DNA of 62,885 nt, filler included, from Octopus bimaculoides (lineage: Eukaryota), in NCBI RefSeq assembly GCF_001194135.2. It is 3 parts of 3 records of this genome, joined end to end, with 100 filler letters (N's around TTAATTAATTAA, not from the genome) between each part and the next. Parts side by side here need not be neighbours in the genome. Positions count along the whole stretch, not along the records: positions 29,364 to 41,593 come from NC_068983.1; positions 41,694 to 62,885 come from NC_068989.1; 1 more part is not named here. One strand, given 5' to 3'. The first letter of the stretch is position 1; every line of letters begins with the position of its first letter. Positions 38,457 to 49,995 of this stretch are shown here, in pieces. The position numbers and the translations under genes are program-made. Below the pieces are notes generated by a model. The model was not told where the DNA came from and did not search any database. It worked only from the letters and a program-made list of their open reading frames with translations.

Positions 38457-39099
38457 TATAGATGAGAAAAAATTGTTTATAACACTAAAGCCGAGCTATC
38501 ATAATCATCCAGTCGAATTTGCTCAGACAAAAGTGATGGAAAGTCTTTCGATTCCTAATTTCTCGTCTACGGTCTCAGGTCCTAGAGACCAAGATTTATA
38601 AAAACGAAATTTGTTCTGGGAAGAAATCCAAAGACAGTATTTTTTACACTATGCATTTCATTCCCTACTACCATCGTACTTTCCAGTGACTCGCATTTCT
38701 GCTCTTTTCAGGGATTCAGAATTTCACCGTGATCATGGAAGGGGAGCTAATGGGTGCTATGCCCTATCAAAGTGCAACCCATGTTTTTGCTGCATATCTA
38801 CGAGCCTTTATGCTATCCACAAACTGAGGACCTAGTGGATAGCTATTTTCATCACCACACTATCTAAGCCTAGATATATTGATCGATAACTTTGCCCCAA
38901 GCAAATTGCAGTGAAAACGTGTCGTGGGTGCGACGAAGATTTCGGTTCCAAATAATAAATGTTTAAGTGAAGTTAACAATTTCTGTTTTTTTAATGGCTA
39001 TTGTACCTTCCGTGTCGTATTGTTTTATATTTTCAACAGCTCTCTCAGTTCATGTGGAAACGGTTTAGCTTTTTCGCGTAACGTTCGTGAGCCGTTCAA

Positions 39100-39445
39100 G
39101 TCAGACAGGCGTACAATGGCGTAAACAGCAGAACCAACAATTTGGTGGCCAACCCATTACTTCTTCTCTCCCACACTGATTCATGATCGTGGGTCGACTT
39201 CAGTTGCACCAACAGAAGTTCCATCTCTTACGAACAGAACAGGATTGCAGGGGCACAAAGAAAATGCGAACTACGCAAATCCCTAGCCAACTCCTTTCAT
39301 TCAGTCTCAACAGACTACCAGAGTCCGACCTGCGGTAGAGCCTCCAGAGCATGTGTCGGACTGATCAGCCACTTCGGACACACTGTACTCTGTCTTCTCC
39401 CGTGTAATGCCCTTGGTCATCGTCGACAACGACGGACGAAGTAAT
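39100..39445 (+). mobile_element. RTE-clade LINE 3' end
   Basis: YEQNRIAG...; YQSPTCGRASRACVGLISHF (decayed C-terminal CxxC...GLxSH zinc finger typical of RTE ORF2), then GGTCATCGTCGACAACGACGGAC and a short TAA tail. Confidence 0.7.
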
Positions 39446-40329
39446 AATGAATATCTGATATAGTTTTATATCAAAATCCTTCCCTCTGAAAGTCCACAAA
39501 TTCAGGAAATACTGCAGTACAAATGGTGATATAGTTTGGACATTGAAATAATGTTGCCCAGTGGTCAGTGATTGTTATATAGTATGACAGATGCTACTGT
39601 CATATTGTTATTTTATGATATATTATGACATGTGATGGTATATCATGACATATCATGACATGTTATATTATGATATATTGTGACATATTATGATATTGTT
39701 GTATCATGATGGCTATATTATGACACTTGTTAGTGTGTAAGACGTCTGAAGAGGGAGTTACGATGGTGCTCAACAATCAGATTTGTCGTTACTCTTAGTA
39801 AGCGAGCGTTCCACCATAACTCCGAATTCTTACAGACATGATGAGATACCATGGATAATAAATGGTCACCGCATGACGCATTTTAGAAATGATTTGGGAA
39901 GCCCTCTCAGATATAGTTCTTAGTACAAACCTATCGATGTTCGACTCTCTTCTATAAATCCCGTTGAATTTTAAGACAAACCAATAAGAACTGACTTTAC
40001 TGATGACCAAGAAGAAGCGACTTGCATTGAGGTGCTGTACCAATAACTGGATACTGCATCTCCATCCACACTAGCCATCTGAAAGATCACGTACGTAATT
40101 TATTTGTCAGCGAAACTTTAAGTAATGCACGGGTAAATCAACGAACATTTATAAACACTATATTAGGGATTGAAAGTCCTTGCCTTTGTTTATACACAAA
40201 CGTTAGTGTGTGCGTTTAATGTGTATGTTTGTGTGTGTGTGTTTGTATGTGCATGTGTGTGTGTGTGTGTATGTGTCTGCGTAAGTGTGCGTGGAAACCC
40301 ATCCATCAATCGATCAGCTAGCTATCAAA

Positions 40330-40960
40330 ATATCTGAGCGTGTATATCATTGCTTCTCATGGTCATTTTCTTTCTTTCTTTCTTTCTTCTATCTCCTCTT
40401 CCTCCCCTTCTTTCTCTGTCCCCATCTCCCTCCCCTCTCCTTTCCCTGTCTCCTCTTCCACCTCCCACTTCTTCCCCCCTCTCTCCTCTGCACCATTCAA
40501 CCCGCCTATCTTCCCTCTCTTTTTCACCCTCTCTCCCTTTTCTCTCTCACTCTCTCTCTCTTCTCCCTCACACTCCACTCTAGCCATTTCCTTCTCTCTC
40601 TCCCTCTCTTCCTCATTCTCTCTTCATCTCTCTGTGTCTATTTGTCTCTGACTGTTTCAGTCTCCGCCTCTGTCTTTCTCTCTTTCTCTCTCTCTCTCTC
40701 ACCGTCTCTATACCTCTCTCGCTCTCTCACTCCCTTTCTCTCTTCCTCTCTTTGTGCCTCTCTGACAGACTGACCGTCTGTTTCAATTTCTTCCTCTGTT
40801 TGTCTGTCTGTCTCTCTCACTCACTCTCTCCTCTCTCCTCTTCCTCTCACTCTCTTTCTCTCTTCCTCTCTATCTCTTTCAATCTCTATCTCTCTCTCAA
40901 TGTCTCTCTCCCTTTCTCTTCCCCATCTCTCTCTCCTTCTCACTCTACTATTTCATGCCC
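40330..40960. repeat. Polypyrimidine (CT-rich) low-complexity tract
   Basis: Direct reading. Confidence 0.85.
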
Positions 40961-41351
40961 TCATACCCTAATTACACACTGTTACATCTAACATTATATT
41001 TATTATCAACGCAATTCCGTTCAATAATCCAATCATCACTTGATTTATAGTATCAATTCCCTACATTATACAGCGACAAATATCTCAAGTTATCTATAAT
41101 TATATTACTAATTCTTCTACCCTCGCTTTCTCGATCGTGGGGCCACTCTCTATTTCTCTCTCTTTCATTGCATTATTATCTTTTCTCCTATGTTTACCAA
41201 CGTCCTTCTCTCTATTTGCAACTGATTCCCTTTATCTTGTGTGGACTTCAGTGAACTTCTATCCAGTCCGTTTGCAAGCTGGTACCTATGTCTGTATGTG
41301 TTTATATTTGCATATATAAATGTATGTAAATATGTATGGGCATATGTGTCT

Positions 41352-41525
41352 ATAGGAGGAGGCACTGAAAAGTTCCTGGCTGTAAGGGTGTGGCGAAAGG
41401 CCTGGCCGGAAGCCCAAAGCTTCCAAGTTTTTGTGCAGGGCTTAGAAAAACTGAAGGACCGCTTCAATAAAAGTATGAATTTGCAATAAAAGTGTGAAGA
41501 GGGGAATATGTTGAATAAATTCATA
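41352..41525 (+). mobile_element. mariner remnant (TIR-like start joined to the transposase C-terminus)
   Basis: GAGGCACTGAAAAGTTCCTGGCT resembles a mariner TIR; VQGLEKLKDRFNK...GEYVE* resembles the mariner C-terminus GIxKLxxRWxKC...GxYxE. Confidence 0.55.
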
Positions 41526-41979
41526 ATTAACAGATCCTCCGTCGTATATATATATATATATATATATATTTGTGTGTGTGTATATATATATGTNNNNNNN
41601 NNNNNNNNNNNNNNNNNNNNNNNNNNNNNNNNNNNNNTTAATTAATTAANNNNNNNNNNNNNNNNNNNNNNNNNNNNNNNNNNNNNNNNNNNNATATATA
41701 TATATATACACATATATATGCATATTTACATACATATATACATACATATATACACACGTATTTATATATATATATATATTATATATACATCATATGGATG
41801 CATGGACAGATAGATGGTTGAATTTTAAAGATTTCCTCTCAAGTACTACTTCAAGTTTCGCCTTACATCTTATTCAACCTGGTTGCAGAAGCCATCAGAC
41901 AAGATTTGAAGACGCACTCAACGAATAATTTCGAAAAAATATGACTCTACGTTCATTATTGAGATGCTTCAACATCAAT

Positions 41980-42018
<39 letters not shown>

Positions 42019-42277
42019 TGCTTCGAAGACTATGACAAATATAACACGGAAGGCAAAATGAAAAGAAATTTTAATTACTTAATTCTCGATAAAATATTTA
42101 GCAAGTTACATAGGAGAGGTAAAATTTGTAGAGATAGGAAGAAAAAAACAGACTTAACGAAAGTATATTCGTTGCTGTAGGTTAAATTCTGTTGAGTATA
42201 ATATTTGTGTGCATACCGACATATCTATCTGCCGTATTTACCCGTATATATATTTACCCGTACTTTTATGTGTATAA

Positions 42278-42310
<33 letters not shown>

Positions 42311-42313
<3 letters not shown>

Positions 42314-42432
42314 AAGACCACTGAGTGGACTTTTAATGTGCTAGAAGATCACATGTAATGTGTCTACAAAGACCTGACACATTACATGTGATCTTCTTCT
42401 AGCACATTAACAGTCCACCTAGTGGTCTTCTT
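42311..42432. repeat. Near-perfect 54-bp-arm palindrome in TA-rich flanks
   Basis: 42311-42364 pairs with 42376-42432 (3 mismatches, one 3-nt bulge, 11-nt loop). Confidence 0.9.
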
Positions 42433-42603
42433 TTTATATACATATACAATAATCCCTTCAGATCTCAGATATTTTTCTCTGAATCTCTCTGATTCTTTTA
42501 ATGTGCTTGCTTCCTGGTAATAAATGAATATTATTTAATATCCAATTTTTTACCCTAATATTTTAATTATATATATATATATATATGCATGTATGTGTGT
42601 GCG

Positions 42604-42636
<33 letters not shown>

Positions 42637-43665
42637 CGTGCGCGTGTGACATCTACCATCGTTAATTTGCAAAGGATAACAAGGAGTAGAACAAATTAAC
42701 ATCACTTATTGCAGGACTTCAAATAGCGGAACATAAACCAAATTTCTTCCTTACATATCACAACATAACCCTCCGAATACTGAAGTTCTTAATATAATTG
42801 ATCAGAGTAGATTACCACTTTTAACCAGAAATTGCTAAATGATGAAAAATTTGGAAGCCAGAATTTTAATGAACGCAAGACCTACACAAGACAGGAAGTA
42901 AACATCAACAAACCTCCATTTATTTTCTGATCTTGTATGAAAATCTGTAGTGAAAAATGTGTGGATAATCTAAGCGTGCATTTTGTATTTTTATTTGCGA
43001 AAATCAAGTGCTTCGTTTGTAAATAGAACTTAGTTTAATAAACTATGAAAGAAAAAGATTTTCTTTGTGCGTATCAAAAATATTAATTTTGGACTAAACT
43101 TACTGCATATGTGTTGAGATTTTTATGAGGAAAACAAAATATCACTAAGAAAGCTGGGTAATTTTTTTTAGTCGTCAAGTATTTAGACTGATATGCAAGA
43201 GCTCGACTGTCGAAAGCTTAATTATTCCTATTATATCAGTGCGCAGAAAATCCAGCAGGTCCAACAAAAGAATAACAGAGAAACATTTTTTTTATCAAGA
43301 AATATAAATCAAGTTGAAATCGATAATATATTATGAGACTTATTTTTTTAAATATCAATATTTATGAAAATGTATTTTGGCTCCTCTTTTTGAACATTTA
43401 AATTGTATAACGTTACCAACCATGTTATCTAATTTGAATATAACGAGGATATTTTTCAGTAAATATACTTTAGAATATTCCTAATGAATCTAATAACCAG
43501 CCATTACGCATGAACATTTCAATGGATATCTCCTTTCGAAAGTGAAACTGGTATATAGTAATACTTCTTTTTTTTGTATAGGTAATATTGTATCTTGTAA
43601 TAATTTAATAAACTGCAATTCAATAGAAATTGCTAATCTTTTCCTGCTTATCATTTCCATATCTT

Positions 43666-43935
43666 AAGGCGATGAGCTGGTGGAATCGCTAGCACAGCGG
43701 GCTCAATGCTTAGCGGCATTTCGTTCGTCTCTACGTTCTGAGTTCAAATTGCACCGATTTTACTTTTTATCTTTCCGGGTTCANNNNNNNNNNNNNNNNN
43801 NNNNNNNNNNNNNNNNNNNNNNNNNNNNNNNNNNNNNNNNNNNNNNNNNNNNNNNGTTCAAAACATTGGGTCAATTTAATCGACTTACTCCTCTCCCGAA
43901 ATTGCTGGACTTGCACCAAAATTTGAAAACATCAT
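43666..43935 (+). mobile_element. SINE family A spanning a small gap
   Basis: AAGGCGATGAGCTGG...CTGAGTTCAAATT...GCTGGACTTGCACCAAAATTTGAAA. Confidence 0.7.
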
Positions 43936-43983
43936 TTCCATATCTCGTGATTTCTAACGGATATTTTAAAATCATGATATGTA

Positions 43984-44015
<32 letters not shown>

Positions 44016-45226
44016 TGTCTCTCTCTCTCTGTCTCTCTCTCTCTGTCTCTCTCTCTGTCTCTCTCTCTCTGTATGTGTGTATGTGTATGTGCGTGTGTGT
44101 ATGTGTATGTGCGTGTGTGTATGTGATTGTGTGTATTTATATGCAAGCATATACGGACACGTGTATTTCAATGTAGTAAAATGGAAAGAACAATCTAAAC
44201 GCTGGAAAGATTGAAAGAAAAAAAAAAACTATAAAGAAAAAAACAAAACGCAAGTACGATAACGGCGGAATATTGTGAATCTGATGTTTTCCACATGTTA
44301 AACTCACATTTGACTATTTCAGTGTTGTTTACAGTTTGTAAAGTCTGTTTGAGATTATAGTGAAGCAATTGTCTTTAACATGTTATTAAAAACGCCTTTT
44401 CTAGGTTAAATGATTTCCACAAGCACACGTTATATAGTAATATTAAATCTGCTCTTTCTCCGTTACCAATTCAAATGCTACCAAAGCATATAACATAATT
44501 TTATGTCTTACCATTAGCAGTGATGACGATGGTGAGGATGCTATGTTATTGGAAATAATTGTATAATAGCGTCTATTGTCGTTAAATTCTAAATTATTTA
44601 TGTAAATTTTGTTGCTGGTTTAGTCTCAAGGTCAGTCTTTTCAGACATGGTATGGTTAGATTTAAATTATCAAATGTTTTCATCATTTAAGCAATACGAT
44701 ATCATTTCAGAAAAATGTGACTGCTATTTTCATGAGTAGGTATAGCACACCAAAATTCCAATTACAGGGCATGTATAAAAACTTGTTACTTTTGAAAAGA
44801 TCTTACCAACAGATTTCATAGCTACCGCAATTAACATATCTTTCCAAATTCGTTTAAGTATGTTTTTGGTGTCATGTTTAAATGACGTTTAGACCTGTGT
44901 AATTGGAAGGGTCGGCATATATGTTAGCTAGAAATTTCACATTTGGTTCAGTTTATTCACAAATCAAATTGTAAATTTATTGCGTATATGCACAGCACAT
45001 TCTCAAAAATGCATTGTTTAGCAAACATTTCGCAGAGAGAAATGGAAAATAACTGTTTAGTTACTTGGTGTGTGTTAATTGAATATTTCAACTTGCGTAA
45101 ATAGCAGATGGTCAAACATGATGTGCTGGCTATTGTGCTGTGCTAAGATGTTTCGTTAAGAAGAGCTACCTGTTCGATATCTAAGTAAAAATGTGGAAAC
45201 CAGAATAACTAATATCTTCAAATTTT

Positions 45227-45422
45227 AAGGCGGCGAACTGGCAGGATCGTTAGCACGCCTGGCAAAATACTTAGCGGTATTTCGTCCGTCTTCACGTTCC
45301 GAGTTCAAATTCCGCAGAGGTCGACTTTGCTTTCATCCCTTCGGGGGACGATTAAATGAGTAACAGTTGAATACCCCATCCCTAAAATTGCTGGCCATGT
45401 GCTAAAATTTGGAGTCAATAAA
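45227..45422 (+). mobile_element. SINE family A, tandem copy 1
   Basis: AAGGCGGCGAACTGGCAGGATCGTTAGCACG...GAGTTCAAATTCCGC. Confidence 0.85.
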
Positions 45423-45432
45423 TTTAAATTCT

Positions 45433-45648
45433 AAGGCGGCGAACTGGCAGAAATGTATGCACGCCAGGTAAAATAGCTGCATTTCGTCCGTCCTTACGTC
45501 CAGAATTCAAATTCCGCCGTGGTCGACTTTGGCTTTCATCATTTCGGGGTCGATAAAATATGTACCTGTTAAACATTGGGGTCGATGTAATGGACGTACC
45601 CCTTCTCCCAAAAATGCTGGCCTTCTGCCAATATTTGAAATGAATATA
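45433..45648 (+). mobile_element. SINE family A, tandem copy 2
   Basis: AAGGCGGCGAACTGGCAGAAATG...GCTGGCCTTCTGCCAATATTTGAAA. Confidence 0.85.
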
Positions 45649-46327
45649 TTCAAATTCTAAGTTGCAAATAAGTCTAAGGTATAAACAAAAATTATCTGAG
45701 CTATTACAATCAAAAATGTTATGTAGAGTCAAGAATATTCCATTATAGAAAGACAGAGCTATTCAGAATCGTAGTCAATTCAATGATATACGTTGTCTAT
45801 ACGGAATAATTTGGTCATTCCAGGGCTGCAAATGACATGATGTCTTGTTAAAATTAGATATTCTTGGGCACAACTTTAAAAGTTTAAAATACTTACAAGT
45901 ATACATAGACCACTGTTTACTCGAATTACTACATTATTAAGGAATGCACAGCCTACGATCAGATAAGCACAATATATTCGTATCTACTTTAATATTTTCT
46001 GAAAATGCATTTAATATTTTCTGAAAATGCATTTAATATTTTCAAAACATTAAATGTATTTTGGGAATTTCGGCAAATCTCTGGCAGCTTTTTCTTACGT
46101 GAGAGCGTGACGCCTTTATGGGAGACAAGTGACCCTGTATAAGCATTGTTGTTTGAGTATGATAATAACAACATACTGAAATTGAAAAGAATTACATTCT
46201 CTCGACAATATGGCTGAAGGAAAATACTTTAGGCGAACTTTGGGGAATACAAAATACAAAAACGAATGTTTTTCACACATCCCTTATAGTGAGTTGGAAA
46301 GCTTCGATCAACTGAAAGTATCTTGTA

Positions 46328-46749
46328 TCTTTTATTTTTTACGTGCATCAGTAATCAGACTGCGGCCATGCTGGGGCACCGCCTGGAAGAATTTTTAGTG
46401 AAATGAATCGACCGCAGGACTTAATCTTTGTTTCTTTTTCTTTAAGACTGGTATATCTCCTATCGGTTTCTTTTGCCGAACCGCTAAATTACGAGGATGT
46501 AAACTCAACGACACCAGTTGTCAACAGTTGTAGGGGACAACTCTCATATAAAGACACACACCCACACACACATACATACACACAGACACATACATACACA
46601 CACACACACAACAAGCTTCTTTCAGATTTCGTCTACCGACTCTACACACAGACAATTGGTCGGCTCGAATCTATAGTAGAAAAGACTTGCCCAAGGTGCC
46701 AAGCAGTGAAAGTGAATCCGAAACCATGTGTTTGGGAAGCGAGCTTCTT
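46328..46749 (-). mobile_element. SINE family B whose tRNA-like head is interrupted by the ORF1-only element
   Basis: Body is the reverse complement of family B; on the minus strand it begins at AAGAAGCTCGCTTCCCAAACACATGG, i.e. mid-head. Confidence 0.8.
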
Positions 46750-49042
46750 TATTTCATAAAAATTCGCCATACGGCGTTACATAGAGGGGACAAACAAAGA
46801 CAGACAAACGTAGAAGCTACGGGCTGGACGCGGACATTAATGAATGGAGATGAATACACAAGAAAGAATGAAAATGGGAGAGGCACCAGCGCCCGCCGAC
46901 TGATAACCTCTCTAAAACTTTGTTCAATACATGTTCAAATTTGTAAAACAAATTATTAACACAAATGTTCTTCCTCTTTATATGAGGCAACAAGTCACTT
47001 ATAAATGTTCATATAATTCACTGGGGCTTTTAGCCTCCCCATATCTACAACCTCTTTTCACTNNNNNNNNNNNNNNNNNNNNNNNNNNNNNNNNNNNNNN
47101 NNNNNNNNNNNNNNNNNNNNNNNNNNNNNNNNNNNNNNNNNNNNNNNNNNNNNNNNNNNNNNNNNNNNNNNNNNNNNNNNNNNNNNNNNNNNNNNNNNNN
47201 NNNNNNNNNNNNNNNNNNNNNNNNNNNNNNNNNNNNNNNNNNNNNNNNNNNNNNNNNNNNNNNNNNNNNNNNNNNNNNNNNNNNNNNNNNNNNNNNNNNN
47301 NNNNNNNNNNNNNNNNNNNNNNNNNNNNNNNNNNNNNNNNNNNNNNNNNNNNNNNNNNNNNNNNNNNNNNNNNNNNNNNNNNNNNNNNNNNNNNNNNNNN
47401 NNNNNNNNNNNNNNNNNNNNNNNNNNNNNNNNNNNNNNNNNNNNNNNNNNNNNNNNNNNNNNNNNNNNNNNNNNNNNNNNNNNNNNNNNNNNNNNNNNNN
47501 NNNNNNNNNNNNNNNNNNNNNNNNNNNNNNNNNNNNNNNNNNNNNNNTTGCACTTTTTTCTTTCTTTTCTTTTTCTTTTTTCCGGTGGAAGAGGAGGAGT
47601 CCTCTGGTTTACCCGTGAGACTCAATCCCTCTTCCACCTCTACCTCTCTTTGAGGTTTCGGCGGGCTATTATTAATGCCCGGCTTCCTCTTTCTACCTCT
47701 ATCTGTTGGGGCTACCACCTCCTCATTTTTTCCTTCCTGCCGAGCAGGACTACTTGCTCCGACGGGTGCCCGTTCCTGGGACACTTTAGTGTCCCGGCGG
47801 CAATCCTTCTTCAAATGTCCAGGCTCCAGACACCGGTGACATCTAGGTTGCCGACCCTCAAGTATCACTGGATACCTGCAGCCAGTCATCTTTAGGAAGT
47901 CCGGAAATACAATATCTCCCACAGCTACCAGGGTCCATAGTCTCAAAGTTGCCTTTGACCCTTCCCAGTCAACTGCGGGAGCCACGTCTACATTTAGTAA
48001 CCTGGGTCCACTGTCTCCCAAGCCCCGCCGGATGGCCTCTGTGATCCATCTAGCTTCGGTACCTAGGGGAAGTGCGCATACTCAGGCTCTCACAATTTTT
48101 TTCCACAATAAGTAGGGAGGAAAAAAATCTCCTTCCCCTGTAGTGGTTGGCTGGTTGCAGTGCCAGCCTCTTCGGGGGAGTCAAACAGCAACCTCACCGT
48201 TGCAAATTTGACTCCCCTTGAGACAAAAAAGTTCTTCGCTGGCAGACAAGCCGCCAGCTCCTTCTCTATCGTTTCTTTGTTGAAGAGGGCAATGGCATTG
48301 CGTGACCTCGAATAGGTCCGCAAGACCACTGTCCTCTTTTCCGTCTCTCTCACCCACTGCTTGGGCGGTATAACATCCCACTCCAAGAGAGTGGCTTCAC
48401 TGTCTAAAAAGATAGACAGAAAAGGGAGAAAAACAACAGTTCAAACACGGGGAAAAAAATTCCAGCCACTAGGTAATCTGAGCTTCTTCGAAAAGGTATT
48501 CCGATTCAAGGTACTCCGCTGCGTTTTCGGCAAAAAATTGCCAAACCAAATATTTTTACTCTTGTGATGAATCGAACACTCGAACCACAAGCAGCAAACA
48601 CAAATTCGTTCACCAAATTTTTCAGCAAAAATTGCTAACAAGTATTTTCACTGTACAATTCGTTCACAAAGTTTTTCAGCGAAAAAAAATGCCAACAAAT
48701 ATTTTCACTTCACAATTCGTTCACAAATGTGAACACAAAGTCTTTTTTGTGTGTTTTCCTGGCTAAAAAGCCAAGCAAAAATTTTCACTCTATGACAGGA
48801 GCGAACCCGCCTACTACAGAGAATGAACATACAATTTTGTTCGTAAACGAACAAACACAAACAAAACGCCAAAGGCAAGCGAAAATGTCGCAATGCTGAA
48901 CAAAAACCTGCTGAAAAAAATACACAACAAATTATTGCTCAGCTGAGCAACAAAACCGACTTACCTTGGCGAGTTCTTCAAATGTTCTTTGTTTTCGTTA
49001 ATTGGACGGGGCACAGCTGGTCCACATCCACATCTGTTCACC
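46750..49042 (-). mobile_element. ORF1-only (half-L1/HAL1-like) non-autonomous non-LTR retroelement with 15-bp TSD
   Basis: GGAAGCGAGCTTCTT is identical at 46735-46749 and 49043-49057. ORF1 only, ~250-bp 3' UTR, and a tail shared with the SINE at 4785-4845. About 485 N lie inside ORF1. Confidence 0.75.
46999..48403 (-). pseudogene. ORF1/gag-like protein (RRM-like region plus CCHC zinc knuckle), disrupted
   Basis: EGRQPRCHRCLEPGHLKKDC (C-X2-C-X4-H-X4-C). A frameshift in the A-run near 48095 and an in-frame TGA separate the track ORFs 48090-48386 and 46999-48021. Confidence 0.75.
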
Positions 49043-49952
49043 GGAAGCGAGCTTCTTATCAATTTAATAATACTCGTGGGGATATATTTTATTGCATTTT
49101 GATTTAGCCAGCACCAAATAATTATGAATTATTTTTGTTGCTGTTTTAAACCCAGTTGGTTTTCGATCGAACGCACAGACTTATGATCAATGTTATTCCA
49201 ACCGCAACACTCTCATCAGGCTTTTCATAACATGGTGTATATTGGATTACATTATGCTTCTCACACCTATTTTACATTATGAGGTTATTTTGGCTGTTAA
49301 TTCTGACACGTCCCGAAGAGAGCGGATAGACTAAAACACCGTTGAAAAAGCTAGAAATAATATCAATTTCATTATTTGTCGTACATCCTAGTTCAGCCAT
49401 TCTATAGAACTAACTCCGCGGCTCTGTCTGGTCAATAACAGTTTTAAACATCGATTTTACAGTTTGGCTTCATTGAATATATGTGATTATTACACATAAA
49501 AGTGATCGTTCAGGAAATCGTACTTTCGCACTCCTATAAATTTTCGCTTGATTATGGCTGTTCACAGGCGCTCGTCCGCGCAAACGTTCATTCACAGTCG
49601 CACATACACACGCTCACACGTGCACATACACACAGTCTGACACACACACACACTCCCACACGTAGACACATTGGCATACAAACAGCAACATAGCATCATT
49701 TACTGAGTAACACAAACAACACACTTATTGATTAACTAATTGACAGTTGTGTCGCAAGTGTGTGTGCGTATGTGTGATCGTGTGATTGTGTGTGTGTGAT
49801 TGTGTGTGTGTGTGTGCGTGCGCGCATATATGCATGCATACGTGCAAATATGCCTGTCGATTTGGTATATATCTCTATATTCATGTGCTTGTATGTATGT
49901 ATATTTCTGTGCATAGAAATAAATATATAAATACACACACACACACACGCAC

Positions 49953-49995
<43 letters not shown>

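Noticed and set aside
45989-46043. 22-bp tandem repeat (2.5 copies); similar short duplications near 16770 and a ~10-bp periodic tract at 39590-39725
   Set aside because: Ordinary slippage repeats in AT-rich DNA with no unique spacers, so not CRISPR-like.
48958-48972. ACTTACCTTGGC looks like the U1 snRNA 5' end
   Set aside because: It is simply the reverse complement of a splice donor; no U1 body follows.
49051-49068. TTCTTATCAATTTAATA resembles U2 snRNA at the Keno/Utopia target region
   Set aside because: Only ~16 AT-rich bases match. Part of it is the SINE-derived TSD, the orientation is wrong for a U2-targeted insertion, and no other U2 sequence is present.
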